A stretch of 64,000 bases of DNA, from NCBI GenBank assembly GCA_963836075.1, contig CAWIIB010000009.1:544001-608000 (forward strand), in the 5' to 3' direction. Below, in pieces: positions 1 to 10,369 of the stretch. A model generated the notes under the pieces. That model was given only the letters and a program-made list of their open reading frames with translations. It did not search any database and was not told the DNA's origin. The translations under genes and the position numbers were made by a program. The stretch's first letter is position 1. The number at the start of each line of letters is the position of its first letter. Source of the stretch: an uncultured Acidobacteriota bacterium. GTDB lineage: Bacteria > Acidobacteriota > JAQAZP01.

Positions 1-978
1 TGCAACATGGATTCCTGCGTCGACGTCACCTACGGGGACATCCTCTACGCACCGAGCGAAGCGGACAACTCGGTCTTCCGCGCTGAAGTGGCTGCCTGCA
101 CCGGCATGACCGTCGACTACTACGACGCGCGCGTTGGCACCCCGGACGTGGCACTGCTCTCGAACTACGACTGCGTGCTCACCTGGGCCAACTATGCCTA
201 CTTCGACAATGTCGCATTCGGCGACAACCTGGCGACCTACGTGGACGGCGGAGGCAAGGTGATCCTCGGTCAGTGGTGTCTGCCCACCGCGGGCAACTAC
301 CTCTCCGGCGCGATCATGACCTCAGCCTACTGCCCGACCACCGCAGTTTCGCCCTGGGAATCCGGAGCCTACAACGGCGACGGCACCGATTGCGTGTTTG
401 GCGGTGTCGCCGGCCTTGATGCCCCCTATTTCGACGCCGCTACGCTGGTGGCCGGGGCTTCCGATGGGACGTTCAACAACCCGTCGAACAGCCTGGCCGT
501 GGCCTGGCGCGCCGACCGGATGGTCTACTCCAGCCCGGGGCAGACCGGCGGCACCTACACCACCGGTGATTGGGCCCAGTTGCTCTGCAACATGTGCTCC
601 TGCTCGGCGGGACCGAGCGGCACCATCGCCGTGGACCTGGATGCGACGCCCGACAGCGGTTTCACACCCTTCACCTCCTACTTCTCCGCGACGTTGACCA
701 ACCTGACCACCGAGAACCGGCGCGCTGCCGCGAGAATCAACGTGGTCATCGCCAACGGCAACAACTACAACAACTGGAGAGCCGGTTGGACCAACCTCTC
801 CAGCCTGGAGGTCTTCACCAAGTCCTGGTACCAGACCATCCCGGCCCTGGCAACCGTGATCGGCACCAACACCTTCACCCTTCAGGGTGCTGACGTGACG
901 CCGGCCCCCTACAACCAGCCGCCCTTCATGCCGTCTGGTGACACGGACACGGACGTGCAGACCGTGATCGCCAACTAG
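1..978 (+). CDS. Secreted/extracellular protein, 5' truncated by the window edge; Cys-containing domain plus about 120-aa C-terminal beta-rich domain
   Basis: Frame open to position 1 (TGC AAC ATG); GC3-rich codons; stop at 976-978 followed by a terminator. Confidence 0.75.
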   Translation, partial: CNMDSCVDVTYGDILYAPSEADNSVFRAEVAACTGMTVDYYDARVGTPDVALLSNYDCVLTWANYAYFDNVAFGDNLATYVDGGGKVILGQWCLPTAGNYLSGAIMTSAYCPTTAVSPWESGAYNGDGTDCVFGGVAGLDAPYFDAATLVAGASDGTFNNPSNSLAVAWRADRMVYSSPGQTGGTYTTGDWAQLLCNMCSCSAGPSGTIAVDLDATPDSGFTPFTSYFSATLTNLTTENRRAAARINVVIANGNNYNNWRAGWTNLSSLEVFTKSWYQTIPALATVIGTNTFTLQGADVTPAPYNQPPFMPSGDTDTDVQTVIAN

Positions 979-991
979 GCTTTGCAAACCC

Positions 992-1025
992 CGCTCCCCC
1001 CGGTTTCGGCCGGGGGGAGCGTTTC
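992..1025 (+). terminator. Rho-independent terminator-like hairpin
   Basis: CGCTCCCCCCGGT-TTCG-GCCGGGGGGAGCG followed by TTT. Confidence 0.7.
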
Positions 1026-1162
1026 CCTTCTCCCCCCCTATCCCCGACTCCCCCACCATAAAACCGTCAGGCCTGCGGCATGAATGGCAGCATTCAGTGC
1101 GCTATACTTCCCCCATAGACGGACTATATCTTTCATCCATCCGTTCAGCGAGGGACACGCTC

Positions 1163-2134
1163 ATGTTTTCAGCACACAGACGCCCGGTGGTCACGGTGGT
1201 TCTCCTATCCATTGCGCTTTCCATTGCCTGGAGCGGCACCAGCAGTGCCGGAAGCCTTCCGTATGCCATCTACCCCGAGGTCAACGAGAAACAACCTGAT
1301 CTGCCGTCACCATTCACCGATCAGGCCCGGATTGAATATGTCGTAGCGGTGACCAAAGATAATCGTTTTGCGGTCATCCCGGTGACCCTGAGCAACGATC
1401 GATGGATCTGCCGGCAACTGGTGACCGATTCCGAGGATTTCCCGACTTTCGCCCGGACGGGTCTTCACACGGACGCCGAACTGGACAAGATCAAAACCAT
1501 CACCGGCCGCCCGCTGGACGAGATCACCCGGCTGGGCCGCCCCGGCGGCCTGTCAGAGGGAGGGTTCATGGCCGCGGACGAGACGATCCTCTCGGTGATC
1601 AGGTCCGACAACCGCCTGGTGCGGGCGCTGGGCCTGACCCACCCGGATCTGGCCCGGCCGCTGTTCCACGTGCTGAACATGATGGATACCGACCTGAACC
1701 TCAACCGCTGGAACATGGCCAGGCACAGATGGGAGAACATTCAGTACTTTTTCTACAACGGCCACAAGGTATATGTTGATGCCGGGGACACCAAGGGCGG
1801 TCAGAAGTCCATCTTCGACGACGGGATCGAAGGCGGGTTTCACATCAAGCTGTGGCGCGAGCTGGAACCGGAGGAGCTGAAGCTCCTGGAAAAGACCTAT
1901 GGCGACCTGTCACCCGCCCGGATGGAAAAGTTCAAGCAACTGCTCAGTTTCATCAATACCGGCGAGATACAGCCGCAATACATCATGAGATACGGCTTCT
2001 ATGAAGGCCACACCTACTGGAGAGCCGACCCCATCGCCATCACCTTCATCTTCGGGCTGAAAACCCTGCCCGAAATCGAGGGCGCTTTCCCGGGGATGCT
2101 CCATACGACCCTGACGGCCCATTTCACGGAATAG
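1163..2134 (+). CDS. Exported hypothetical protein
   Basis: 345-aa ORF from 1097; ATG at 1163 precedes a signal-peptide-like segment; host-like codon usage. Confidence 0.7.
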   Translation: MFSAHRRPVVTVVLLSIALSIAWSGTSSAGSLPYAIYPEVNEKQPDLPSPFTDQARIEYVVAVTKDNRFAVIPVTLSNDRWICRQLVTDSEDFPTFARTGLHTDAELDKIKTITGRPLDEITRLGRPGGLSEGGFMAADETILSVIRSDNRLVRALGLTHPDLARPLFHVLNMMDTDLNLNRWNMARHRWENIQYFFYNGHKVYVDAGDTKGGQKSIFDDGIEGGFHIKLWRELEPEELKLLEKTYGDLSPARMEKFKQLLSFINTGEIQPQYIMRYGFYEGHTYWRADPIAITFIFGLKTLPEIEGAFPGMLHTTLTAHFTE

Positions 2135-2264
2135 CTTCCGTCGCCGGTGGTCAAACAGCAGGACCGGCTGAGTTTTCATGGACAGTTAGTGCAGCGAAAT
2201 GCCCGGCAGGTCCCTGAGCGGCCGCTTACTGCCGGAATCTCACACCGCTCACCGGGAAAACATC

Positions 2265-3566
2265 ATGGGCGACTGGGGCTGGAGCCACCTCAAGCAGAGT
2301 GACAAGCGGGCCATTCTGCGGGGCTTGAGCGACGGATCGGTCCACGGCGGGCCCTACCACGTGGAGCTGCAGCCAAGCGACCGCTGCGATATCGACTGCT
2401 TTTTCTGTTCAACACGCAGCCACCGGATCGGTGCGGAACTCCCGCTGGAAACGATCAGGGCCCTCACGCAGCAGATGAAAGCCGCAGGAGTCTATTCCAC
2501 CACCCTCTGCGGCGGGGGTGAGCCGCTCGTCTATCGTCACATCCTCCCCTTGTTCCGGATGCTCCGGAAGGCCGGCATCGCCATCGACCACCTCACCACC
2601 AACGGCACCCGGCTCACCCCTCGCTGCAGTGAAGCCCTGTTGGATGGCGGCTGTCGGGAGGTCATCATCAGCCTCAACACGTCCCGGGCTCACTGCTATG
2701 CCGGGATGATGAGGACGTCGGAAGCCACCTTCCACCGGGTGGTTGACAACATCCGTCAACTGGTGGAGCTGCGGGGTCGGAGATCAACGCCGCAGGTCAT
2801 CCTGCAGTTCATGCTGCTCAGGGAAAACTTCCGCACACTGCCGAGGATGTACGATCTGGCTGAGTCGCTGGGTGTGGACGGGATCCTGTTCAGAGAACCG
2901 GCGTTCCTCCCGGCGGGCAGCCAGCTGAACGACGATGAGACGGAAGAGATGATGCAGATGCTGGAGTCGCTGCTCCTCGAGGACCGATTTCGCCTGATCC
3001 GCTCCATCGACAGCTTCCACCGCGATATTTCCGGATCGCTGTCGCCGGTCATTTCCCGGGTCACCCGCCGGCAGGCCGGGACCCCGTTCCACCGCACCGT
3101 CTGGAATCAGTTCCGGAATCGCCACAGCAGCCTGCGTGAGAAGTGGAGACGATTTTCAAACAGCAGGCACCGCCCGGCCACCCAGGCACTGCTGGGACAG
3201 CACGGCGGCTGTGTGGCGCTGTGGCATACCATGACCGTCCGCGCGGACGGCAGCGTGCCGGTCTGCTGCGTCCGGCAAACCAGCAGACTGGCCAGTGTTG
3301 AGGATCAGTGCCTGGAAGACATCTGGTACGGTGATGCGTTCCAGCATGCGCGGCGGCAGATGCATCGCGCCCTTCAGCAGGGCCGGCACTGGGCACCCGA
3401 AGCTGAAGAGATCCCGGCCCTGGTGCCCATGTGCTCGTGGGATGCCCGCGAAGGTCTCAGGCGTTGTATCTTCCGCAACTTCTACTACTCCACCGACCAC
3501 CGGTTCGTCCGCCGATTGCACAAAACCGTTCACCTGTCACAATCACTGGCTGTGCCTTCCCCGTGA
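2265..3566 (+). CDS. Radical SAM protein with SPASM/twitch domain
   Basis: CDIDCFFC motif, GGGEP, TTNGT, and C-terminal CVALW...ADGSVPVCC. Confidence 0.85.
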   Translation: MGDWGWSHLKQSDKRAILRGLSDGSVHGGPYHVELQPSDRCDIDCFFCSTRSHRIGAELPLETIRALTQQMKAAGVYSTTLCGGGEPLVYRHILPLFRMLRKAGIAIDHLTTNGTRLTPRCSEALLDGGCREVIISLNTSRAHCYAGMMRTSEATFHRVVDNIRQLVELRGRRSTPQVILQFMLLRENFRTLPRMYDLAESLGVDGILFREPAFLPAGSQLNDDETEEMMQMLESLLLEDRFRLIRSIDSFHRDISGSLSPVISRVTRRQAGTPFHRTVWNQFRNRHSSLREKWRRFSNSRHRPATQALLGQHGGCVALWHTMTVRADGSVPVCCVRQTSRLASVEDQCLEDIWYGDAFQHARRQMHRALQQGRHWAPEAEEIPALVPMCSWDAREGLRRCIFRNFYYSTDHRFVRRLHKTVHLSQSLAVPSP

Positions 3567-3676
3567 GGAGCTATTGTTCGAACTGTACTGATTCAAGTGG
3601 AGAAACAGATGTGCACACCGATGACGGGCGGGGAAAGCTGGAAACACTGATCCCGGAGCTGCTGGGAGAATAGAAA

Positions 3677-4093
3677 TCAGCTCTCCGAGCTGCCGGCAAT
3701 CAGGTCGGCCAGGGTGGTCCCGGAAAAGTGGTCGGAGACCATCCCGTGAATGGTGGGCAGCAGGCCGCCGAAAATGCAGCTGCCAAAGGTGCAGGCTTCG
3801 TTGCCCAGCAGGCAGTGCTCGCGGGGCAGCGGGCCGTCCATCGCCTCGAAGATCTCCAGCAGGGTAATCTCCCCCGGCTCGCGGGCCAGAACAAACCCGC
3901 CGCGGGGCCCGCGCACCGATCCCACCAGCCCGGCCCTGTTCAGCCGCTGGAACACCTTGTTCAGGTGTGCCTCGGACGCGCCAAAGGGCGCTGCGGCCCG
4001 GGCCGTGGAGATGGGCCAGGCATCCTGGTTGTTGGCCAGGTAGACCAGGCTGTGCAGCGCCAGGTTGGCCGCCTCGGTGATGTTCAGAATCAT
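3677..4093 (-). CDS. Rrf2-family transcriptional regulator (NsrR/IscR-like, 3 Cys)
   Basis: SVRGPRGGFVLAREPGEITLLEIFEAMDG motif; three C-terminal Cys. Confidence 0.92.
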   Translation of the reverse strand: MILNITEAANLALHSLVYLANNQDAWPISTARAAAPFGASEAHLNKVFQRLNRAGLVGSVRGPRGGFVLAREPGEITLLEIFEAMDGPLPREHCLLGNEACTFGSCIFGGLLPTIHGMVSDHFSGTTLADLIAGSSES

Positions 4094-4111
4094 GACAAAC
4101 CCCTCTTAATC

Positions 4112-5149
4112 CTACATCCGCGCCACGCCGAGAAAAACAGCGTGGAGCGCGGCGGCCAGCACGATGAACGCCGGCCGCGCCGCCTGCACCGCCCGGCCGG
4201 CCAGGGTGTAGTGCAACTGGCTGTCCGGACAGATCCCCACGCAGTCACCGCAGAGCGTGCAACTGAGACCCGGTTTCTTCTCCAGCACATGCTCCCGGTT
4301 CAGCGCGTCGTAGCGGCAGACGCCGCTGCACTTGAAACACTGGTTGCAACCATCACCGATGCGTACCCGGAAGAGGGAGAGCCGGCCCAGAAGGTTGGCC
4401 AGCAATCCCATGGGGCAATAGACCACGCAGTGGGCCATGGCCCCGCTGCGCCTTGACCAGACCATCATCAGCGCCACGCCCACCAGGCCAAAGGCCAGGG
4501 CCAGCCCGCCGGCCAGCATGGTTGAGGCCCCCACCGCGCGCAGCGCCAGCGCCGCCAAGGGCACCAGAACCAGCAGCGCCCAGCGCACCGCGCGGCTCCA
4601 TGCCGGCAAGGGCCGGGGCCGTTTCCTGGACCGCGAGGCGGCATGGTCCCAGGCGCCGATGTAACAGAGGTGGCTGCACCAGGCCGGCCCCACCAGCAGC
4701 ACGGTGCTGCAGAAGAGGATCAGCATGAACAGCCCCTCCATGCGGAAGAGCGGTCCGGCGATGATCAGGGCCGGTACCGGCAGGTGCAGCTCTCCGGTCA
4801 TCAAAAAGAGGTCGTAGCCCAGCAGTCCGATCAACAGCTGGGTGAAAAAGACACCGGAGAAGACCAGCCAGACCCGGCGGCGCCACAACGGCTGGGCCGC
4901 GGGGTCGAGCATCCGCCCGCCGATCCAGGCGGCGTAGAAGGCCAGCAGCAGGGCCTCCAGCCAGCCGCCGCCAGGAACGAATCGCTCCAGCAGCAACAGC
5001 GGCCGGTCCACCGGCGCCAGCTGCACCGCGGTCAGCGCCGCCGCGGTGACGGCAAAAGCCGCGACGCGGGGCACCCGGGATGCCGGGTCCCCGGCCGCGG
5101 CTGGATGATCAGAGCCATTCCTCGCCAAGAATATTACCCCGCAGGCCAA
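4112..5149 (-). CDS. Polytopic membrane 4Fe-4S protein (NapH/YccM-like)
   Basis: TM helices, WCSHLC and CVVYCP motifs, two CxxCxxCxxxC motifs; start uncertain. Confidence 0.8.
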   Translation of the reverse strand: MACGVIFLARNGSDHPAAAGDPASRVPRVAAFAVTAAALTAVQLAPVDRPLLLLERFVPGGGWLEALLLAFYAAWIGGRMLDPAAQPLWRRRVWLVFSGVFFTQLLIGLLGYDLFLMTGELHLPVPALIIAGPLFRMEGLFMLILFCSTVLLVGPAWCSHLCYIGAWDHAASRSRKRPRPLPAWSRAVRWALLVLVPLAALALRAVGASTMLAGGLALAFGLVGVALMMVWSRRSGAMAHCVVYCPMGLLANLLGRLSLFRVRIGDGCNQCFKCSGVCRYDALNREHVLEKKPGLSCTLCGDCVGICPDSQLHYTLAGRAVQAARPAFIVLAAALHAVFLGVARM

Positions 5150-5882
5150 CGGTGACCTTCTTCAGCGGCACCTTGCGCCCGGCCGCGGCGACCGCCTGGG
5201 TGGCCAGGTGGACCAGGCCGGCGCAGCAGGGGACCTCCATGATCATCACGGTGAGGGTGTTGATCTTCGACTGGTCGATCATGGTCACCAGCTTCTGCAG
5301 GTAGACATCCTGCCCCTGGTCCAGCTTGGGACAGGCCACGGCCAGCGATTTTCCCTTCAGGTGGTCGTTGTGGAAGCCGCCCATGGCAAACGCCGTGCAG
5401 TCGGCGGCCAGCAGCACGTCTGAACCCTCGAAATAGGGTGCCGTGGGTGACACCAGGTGCAGCTGGATCGGCCACTGGCGCAATGCCGACGGGCCGCTCA
5501 CTGTTTCGTCGGCGGCCGAAGCATCGGCGGGCTCGTCGAATTTCTGCATCAATGATCCCGGGCAACCGCAGGCCGCGGGCGGCCCGTCGTGATGCCCATG
5601 GGCTGCGGCAGCCGGGGCGTGAACGTGTTCCTTCTTCTTCAGCGCCTGCAGGTGCTCCTCCACCGCGGCCTCGTCATATTCGTCGGCGTCGCGCTCCACC
5701 ACGGAGATCGCCCCTTCGGGACAGTCGCCGAGACAGGCGCCCAGACCGTCGCAGAGGTTGTCGGCCACTAGTTTCGCCTTGCCGTCGATGATCTGGATCG
5801 CTCCCTCGGCACAGGAGGGCACGCAGTCGCCGCACCCGGTGCAGAGTTCCTCGTCGATCAGTACCATTGGTCGCTTTGCCAT
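5109..5882 (-). CDS. 4Fe-4S dicluster ferredoxin-domain protein associated with hcp
   Basis: CTGCGDCVPSC, CDGLGACLGDCP, LRQWPIQLHLV, ACPKLD, MEVPCC. Confidence 0.85.
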   Translation of the reverse strand: MAKRPMVLIDEELCTGCGDCVPSCAEGAIQIIDGKAKLVADNLCDGLGACLGDCPEGAISVVERDADEYDEAAVEEHLQALKKKEHVHAPAAAAHGHHDGPPAACGCPGSLMQKFDEPADASAADETVSGPSALRQWPIQLHLVSPTAPYFEGSDVLLAADCTAFAMGGFHNDHLKGKSLAVACPKLDQGQDVYLQKLVTMIDQSKINTLTVMIMEVPCCAGLVHLATQAVAAAGRKVPLKKVTVGLRGNILGEEWL

Positions 5883-5905
5883 CTGAAGTTCCCTCCCGGG
5901 GCCGT

Positions 5906-7588
5906 TTACGCGGCGGAATGGTCCGCTTTTTTGGCGCCTACCATCGCCGCCACATCGGCGGCCGGCTCGGTGATGGGGGTGATGTTGAAGTTCTCCACCA
6001 GAACGTTGACCACGTTCGGCGAGAGGAAGGCGGGCAGGGTGGGCCCGAGGCGGATTCCCTTGACACCCAGGTGGAGCAGGGCCAGCAGTACGGCCACCGC
6101 TTTCTGTTCATACCAGGCGATGTCGAAAGAAATCGGCAGTTCGTTGATATCCTCCAGTTCGAAGACCTCCTTCAGCTTCAGCGCCACCACGGCCAGCGAG
6201 TAGCTGTCGTTGCACTGACCGGCATCGAGCACCCGGGGGATGCCGCCGATATCGCCGAGGTCGAGCTTGTTGTAGCGGAACTTGGCGCAACCGGCGGTGA
6301 GGATCACCGTGTCCTTCGGCAGTTCCTTGGCCACGTCGCTGAAGTATTCGCGAGACTTGTGGCGGCCGTCGCAGCCGGCCATGACGACAAAACGCTTGAT
6401 CGCCCCCGACTTCACCGCGTCCACCACCTTGTCGGCCAGGGCCAGAACCTGGTTGTGGGCAAAGCCTCCGACGATGGTCCCCATCTCCAGTTCCTTCGGC
6501 GCCGGACAGTTCTTCGCCTGCTCCACCAGCGCCGAGAAGTCTTTCCGTCCACCCTCGGTCCGGTCGGCGATATGGGTCAGCCCGGGGTAGCCCACCGCAC
6601 CGGTGATGTAGATCCGGTCCCGGTAGGAATCCTGCACCGGCACCAGGCAGTTGGTGCTCATCAGGATCGGACCGCCAAAGGTCTCGAAGTCGTTCTGCTG
6701 GTCATACCAGGCGCCGCCGTAGTTGCCCACCAGGTGGTCGTATTTCTTGAACTCCGGGTAGTAGTGGGCGGGGAGCATCTCGCCGTGGGTGTACACGTCC
6801 ACACCGGTGCCGGCGGTCTGCTCCAGCAGCTCCTCCATATCCTTCAGGTCGTGGCCGGAGATGAGGATGCCCGGGTTGTTGCGCACGCCGAGACTCACCT
6901 CGGTGACCTCGGGGTTGCCGTAGGCCGCGGTGTTCGCCGTGTCGAGGAGGGCCATGGTGGTCACGGCCACCTCACCGGCCTTCATCACCAGGGCCACCAT
7001 CTCGTCCACGGTGTGCTCACGGGTGGTGGAAACCAGCGCTTCGCTGAAGAAGCCGTAGATCTCGTCCGACTCGTGGCCCAGCATCGCCGCGTGGTGGGCG
7101 TAAGCCGCAACACCCTTCAGACCGTAGACCAGCAGCTCGCGCAGGGAGCGCACGTCCTCGTTGGCGGTGGCCATGACACCCACCTGCGCCGCCCGGTCGG
7201 CGAACTGCTCCTCGCTGCCGCTCCAGGTGGCCGAGGGGTGAAGCCCCTCTTCGGCGGGCCGGCCATGCTTCTGCTCGAAGGGGCCCGCCACCAGCGCCCT
7301 GAGCTCGTCGCGCAGCGCCAGTGCCTTCTGTATATATGTGGTGACCTGGGCATCGTCGAAGCTGGTATTGGTCACGGTGACGAACAGGCTTTCGGCGATG
7401 AACCGGCCCACGCCGCTCTTCTCGATTCCCAGCTCACGGGCCATCTCCTGCCAGATGGACAGGCCGCGCAGGGCGTCCACCAGCAGATCCTGGAGGTTCG
7501 CCGTCGTTTCCGACTTGCCGCAAACCCCCGCCACCGTGCATCCCTGATTCTTCGCCGCCTCCTGACACTGGTAACAGAACATGCTCAT
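5906..7588 (-). CDS. hcp: Hybrid cluster protein (hydroxylamine/NO reductase)
   Basis: MFCYQCQE...[11 protein letters not shown]-terminus, [30 protein letters not shown]. Confidence 0.97.
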   Translation of the reverse strand: MSMFCYQCQEAAKNQGCTVAGVCGKSETTANLQDLLVDALRGLSIWQEMARELGIEKSGVGRFIAESLFVTVTNTSFDDAQVTTYIQKALALRDELRALVAGPFEQKHGRPAEEGLHPSATWSGSEEQFADRAAQVGVMATANEDVRSLRELLVYGLKGVAAYAHHAAMLGHESDEIYGFFSEALVSTTREHTVDEMVALVMKAGEVAVTTMALLDTANTAAYGNPEVTEVSLGVRNNPGILISGHDLKDMEELLEQTAGTGVDVYTHGEMLPAHYYPEFKKYDHLVGNYGGAWYDQQNDFETFGGPILMSTNCLVPVQDSYRDRIYITGAVGYPGLTHIADRTEGGRKDFSALVEQAKNCPAPKELEMGTIVGGFAHNQVLALADKVVDAVKSGAIKRFVVMAGCDGRHKSREYFSDVAKELPKDTVILTAGCAKFRYNKLDLGDIGGIPRVLDAGQCNDSYSLAVVALKLKEVFELEDINELPISFDIAWYEQKAVAVLLALLHLGVKGIRLGPTLPAFLSPNVVNVLVENFNITPITEPAADVAAMVGAKKADHSAA

Positions 7589-7692
7589 CTTCCACTCTCT
7601 CCTTGCTGGGTGACAACGGCCGAAACCGTCATGCAGAAACGAAATTGAATAGACATCTTTGTTTTCAAACGCCAGACCTTAGCATTAATCCG

Positions 7693-7733
7693 ATAAAGAG
7701 GTATCAATATACCAGTTTATTTTTGAATGTCAA
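7693..7733 (-). promoter_or_regulatory. sigma70-type hcp promoter with overlapping palindromic operator
   Basis: Minus strand TTGACA (7733-7728), 16 bp, TGG-TATATT; palindrome ATAAAGAGGTAT-caat-ATACCAGTTTAT (10/12) at 7693-7720. Confidence 0.6.
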
Positions 7734-7765
7734 CAATCCCTGACAAGATCATGACGATTGAGTCT

Positions 7766-7930
7766 GGGACACTGAGAAGTGTCTCATGAATGTATAGCGA
7801 GACATCGCAGTGTCTCTGAGACACGGCGGCCATGGGCCAAACCGGCCTCCACCCCTTGCGCTTCATCTAGTATCCATATTATTATCAGGTGTTTAAACTG
7901 ATAAGCTCCAGCTTGGCACGACCTGTGCTA
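7766..7930 (+). promoter_or_regulatory. sigma54 (-24/-12) promoter with upstream TGTCTC/GAGACA repeats (candidate enhancer) and IHF-like site
   Basis: TGGCACGACCTGTGCT at 7914-7929 (GG-N10-GC); several GTGTCTC/GAGACA half-sites at 7766-7825; TATCAGGTGTTTA near 7883. Confidence 0.7.
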
Positions 7931-8051
7931 GTAGACCAGATGAACAGTTTAGGAATTACCGGGCGGACCGGCACAATCCACCGCCCTTTCAGAAACCGGC
8001 CGGAAATAACTCCGGCGATACATCAACGTTTATTTTTCAGGAGACATAACC

Positions 8052-8486
8052 ATGGGCCTCAAGGAGCAGCAGGAAAAGATCGTCGCCAACATGAAGAACT
8101 GGCAGAAGATCGAGGACGCCTCTGTGGCGTCGGTGAGCGAAGTGATCGAGAAGACCGACAACGCGGTAATCAAGATCGTCATGGAGATCATCAAGCGCGA
8201 CTCCGAGATGCACCACCGCATCCAGCAGATGATTGTGGACTGTCTGGAAAGCCAGACCGTGGAAGTGAGTTCCGACGACCTGATCAAGGTCTGGGACCTG
8301 ATCGAGAAGCACATCGCCATCGAAGAGCGGGCCGCCGACCTGGCCACGCACAGCCTGGAAGCCACCGAGGGAACCAAGGGCATGCTGGTGCCGCGCTACC
8401 TTCTGACCTACCTGATGACCGACGAAGCCAAGCACGACAAGCTGCTGGAAGACCTGGAGCTGTTCAAAAAAGGGATGTACAGTTAA
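8052..8486 (+). CDS. Ferritin-like four-helix protein
   Basis: RBS AGGAG; DSEMH and DEAKH (ExxH) motifs. Confidence 0.75.
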   Translation: MGLKEQQEKIVANMKNWQKIEDASVASVSEVIEKTDNAVIKIVMEIIKRDSEMHHRIQQMIVDCLESQTVEVSSDDLIKVWDLIEKHIAIEERAADLATHSLEATEGTKGMLVPRYLLTYLMTDEAKHDKLLEDLELFKKGMYS

Positions 8487-8493
8487 GTATCAT

Positions 8494-8525
8494 CCGGCAC
8501 GCGGGCCCCTCGGGGTCCGCGCCGG
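8494..8525 (+). other. Intergenic GC hairpin (attenuator or mRNA stabiliser)
   Basis: CCGGCACGCGGGCCCC-TC-GGGGTCCGCGCCGG; no clear U-tract. Confidence 0.4.
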
Positions 8526-8588
8526 ACTGCCTTCTTATTCACAACAGAACCTGCCACGTGGTCTGAAGAGTTACCCCGGAGGGAAAAT

Positions 8589-9095
8589 ATGACTATCGAG
8601 GAAGCGATCAAGACGGCCATCGAGTATGAAGTGAAGGTCAAGAACGTTTATGCGGAAGCGGTGAAGGTGGCCGGCAACGACGTCGGGCTGCGGGTCTTCA
8701 GCGTCCTGGCCCGGGAAGAACAGGGTCACGTGGATTACCTGCACTTCAAGCTCGAGGAACTGCACAAGACCGGCACGGTGAGCTCCGACGATCTGGAGAC
8801 GGCCATCCCGTCCCCCGCGGCCATCAATATCGCGGTGGAAAAACTGGAGAACAAGATGGCCGCCGACGACCGGGGCGCCGAGCTGGAGATGCTGCGCAAG
8901 GCCCTGGAGGTGGAAATCGAGACCAGCAACTACTACCAGGAACTGGTCAACACCCTCGAACCCGTGGGACAGAAGTTCTTCAAACGCTTCCTCGAAATCG
9001 AGGAAGGCCACCAGGCGATCATCCGGGCCGAGATCGACTCGCTCAATGGCAGCGGTTTCTGGTTCGACATCCCCGAATTCGACCTCGAGCACTGA
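8589..9095 (+). CDS. Ferritin/rubrerythrin-family protein
   Basis: AIEYE...EEQGH and ALEVE...EEGH diiron motifs. Confidence 0.88.
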   Translation: MTIEEAIKTAIEYEVKVKNVYAEAVKVAGNDVGLRVFSVLAREEQGHVDYLHFKLEELHKTGTVSSDDLETAIPSPAAINIAVEKLENKMAADDRGAELEMLRKALEVEIETSNYYQELVNTLEPVGQKFFKRFLEIEEGHQAIIRAEIDSLNGSGFWFDIPEFDLEH

Positions 9096-9146
9096 CCGGC
9101 CGCGCCGATCCGTTCGGCGCCCACCGGTTTATTACAGGAACAAGCG

Positions 9147-9659
9147 ATGAACAGCAAAACAATGAGTCTCGAAGAAGGGCTGCGGCGGGCCATCGAGGCC
9201 GAGATCGACGGCTACCACTTCTACATGATGGCCGCCAGCAAGTGCGAAGACCCCAAGGGCTGTGAGGTCTTCGAGCAGATGGCCCAGGAAGAGCTGGAGC
9301 ATGTCCGCTTCCTGCGGGCGCAGTATTCTGCCGTCGAAAAGGAAGGCAAGCCGAGCCAGTCGGTGAGACTGGCGGGCCAGGCGCGGCTCGACGCGATGAG
9401 CCCCATTTTCTCGGACAAGATCAAGGGCCGGCTCAAGGATGCGCACTTCGAGATGAGCGCCCTCTCCATCGCCGTCCAGATGGAACTCTCCGCGGTGAAC
9501 TTCTACCGTGACCGGGCCGCCGAATCGGACGATGACACGGTGAAAGATTTCTTCAGCGAACTGTCCAAGTGGGAATCTGGGCACTACAACGCCCTGCTCA
9601 ACCAGCAGCAGGCGCTGAAAGAGGACTACTGGGCGGACGGCGGATTCTCCCCCTTCTAG
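9147..9659 (+). CDS. Ferritin/rubrerythrin-family protein
   Basis: AIEAEIDGYHFY...EELEH and MELSAVNFY...WESGH motifs. Confidence 0.88.
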   Translation: MNSKTMSLEEGLRRAIEAEIDGYHFYMMAASKCEDPKGCEVFEQMAQEELEHVRFLRAQYSAVEKEGKPSQSVRLAGQARLDAMSPIFSDKIKGRLKDAHFEMSALSIAVQMELSAVNFYRDRAAESDDDTVKDFFSELSKWESGHYNALLNQQQALKEDYWADGGFSPF

Positions 9660-9667
9660 GTGCGACG

Positions 9668-10369
9668 ATGAGTACAGCAGACGCCGGCACCGCGGCCCGC
9701 CGCGGAGAGTCGCGCCACGTGCGGCAAAAGAGACTGCTGAGGGATCTCCTGGAAAAACGCGACCGGGAGGGCCTCGTCGCCTGGGCCGACGGGCGCAAGA
9801 AGGGCATCACCGCCCTGCTGGCGCTGCTGCTCTATGAAACGGACGAACTGATCCGCTGGCGCTGCATCGAGGGTCTGGGCCTGCTGGCCAGGGACCAGGC
9901 GCCACGGGGACTGGAGCAGATCCGGGACATCATCCGCCGGTTGCTCTGGATGATGAACGACGAAAGCGGAAATGTGGGTTGGTTCGCCCCCGAGGCCATT
10001 GGAGAAATCCTGGCCAACGTGCCCCGGCTGGCCAGGGAATTTGCCGATCTGCTGCCCAATTTTCTGGTGGAAGAGCCTTTTGAACGGGGCACCCACTGGG
10101 CCATGGTGCGAGTGGCCGTGGCGCTGGGCGACAGTCCTTCCGGGCAAAAAATGCTCGAAGAAGGCGCGGAAAATCTTTTACAATCGTTGAAGGACAAGGA
10201 TGCTTTCACCCGCGCCCACGCGGCCCTGGCCCTCGAACGGCTGGGCCGGCTCACCGGCGCACCGGCAGCGGCCCTGGAAAACGACCAGGCGCCGCTCTCG
10301 GTCTACGACTTCGACACCGGTCAGATGATCGACACCACTGTGGCCGGTTTGCTTGGGGGACGTACATGA
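9668..10369 (+). CDS. HEAT-repeat protein, DVU0298-like family
   Basis: RRLLWMMNDESGNVGWFAPEAIGEI motif; ATG 9668 follows the upstream stop. Confidence 0.7.
   Translation: MSTADAGTAARRGESRHVRQKRLLRDLLEKRDREGLVAWADGRKKGITALLALLLYETDELIRWRCIEGLGLLARDQAPRGLEQIRDIIRRLLWMMNDESGNVGWFAPEAIGEILANVPRLAREFADLLPNFLVEEPFERGTHWAMVRVAVALGDSPSGQKMLEEGAENLLQSLKDKDAFTRAHAALALERLGRLTGAPAAALENDQAPLSVYDFDTGQMIDTTVAGLLGGRT

Noticed and set aside
2265-3566. Radical SAM/SPASM enzyme as maturase for the cassette peptide
   Set aside because: It is 40 kb away, has no recognisable RRE domain and no adjacent precursor; nothing in the sequence links them.
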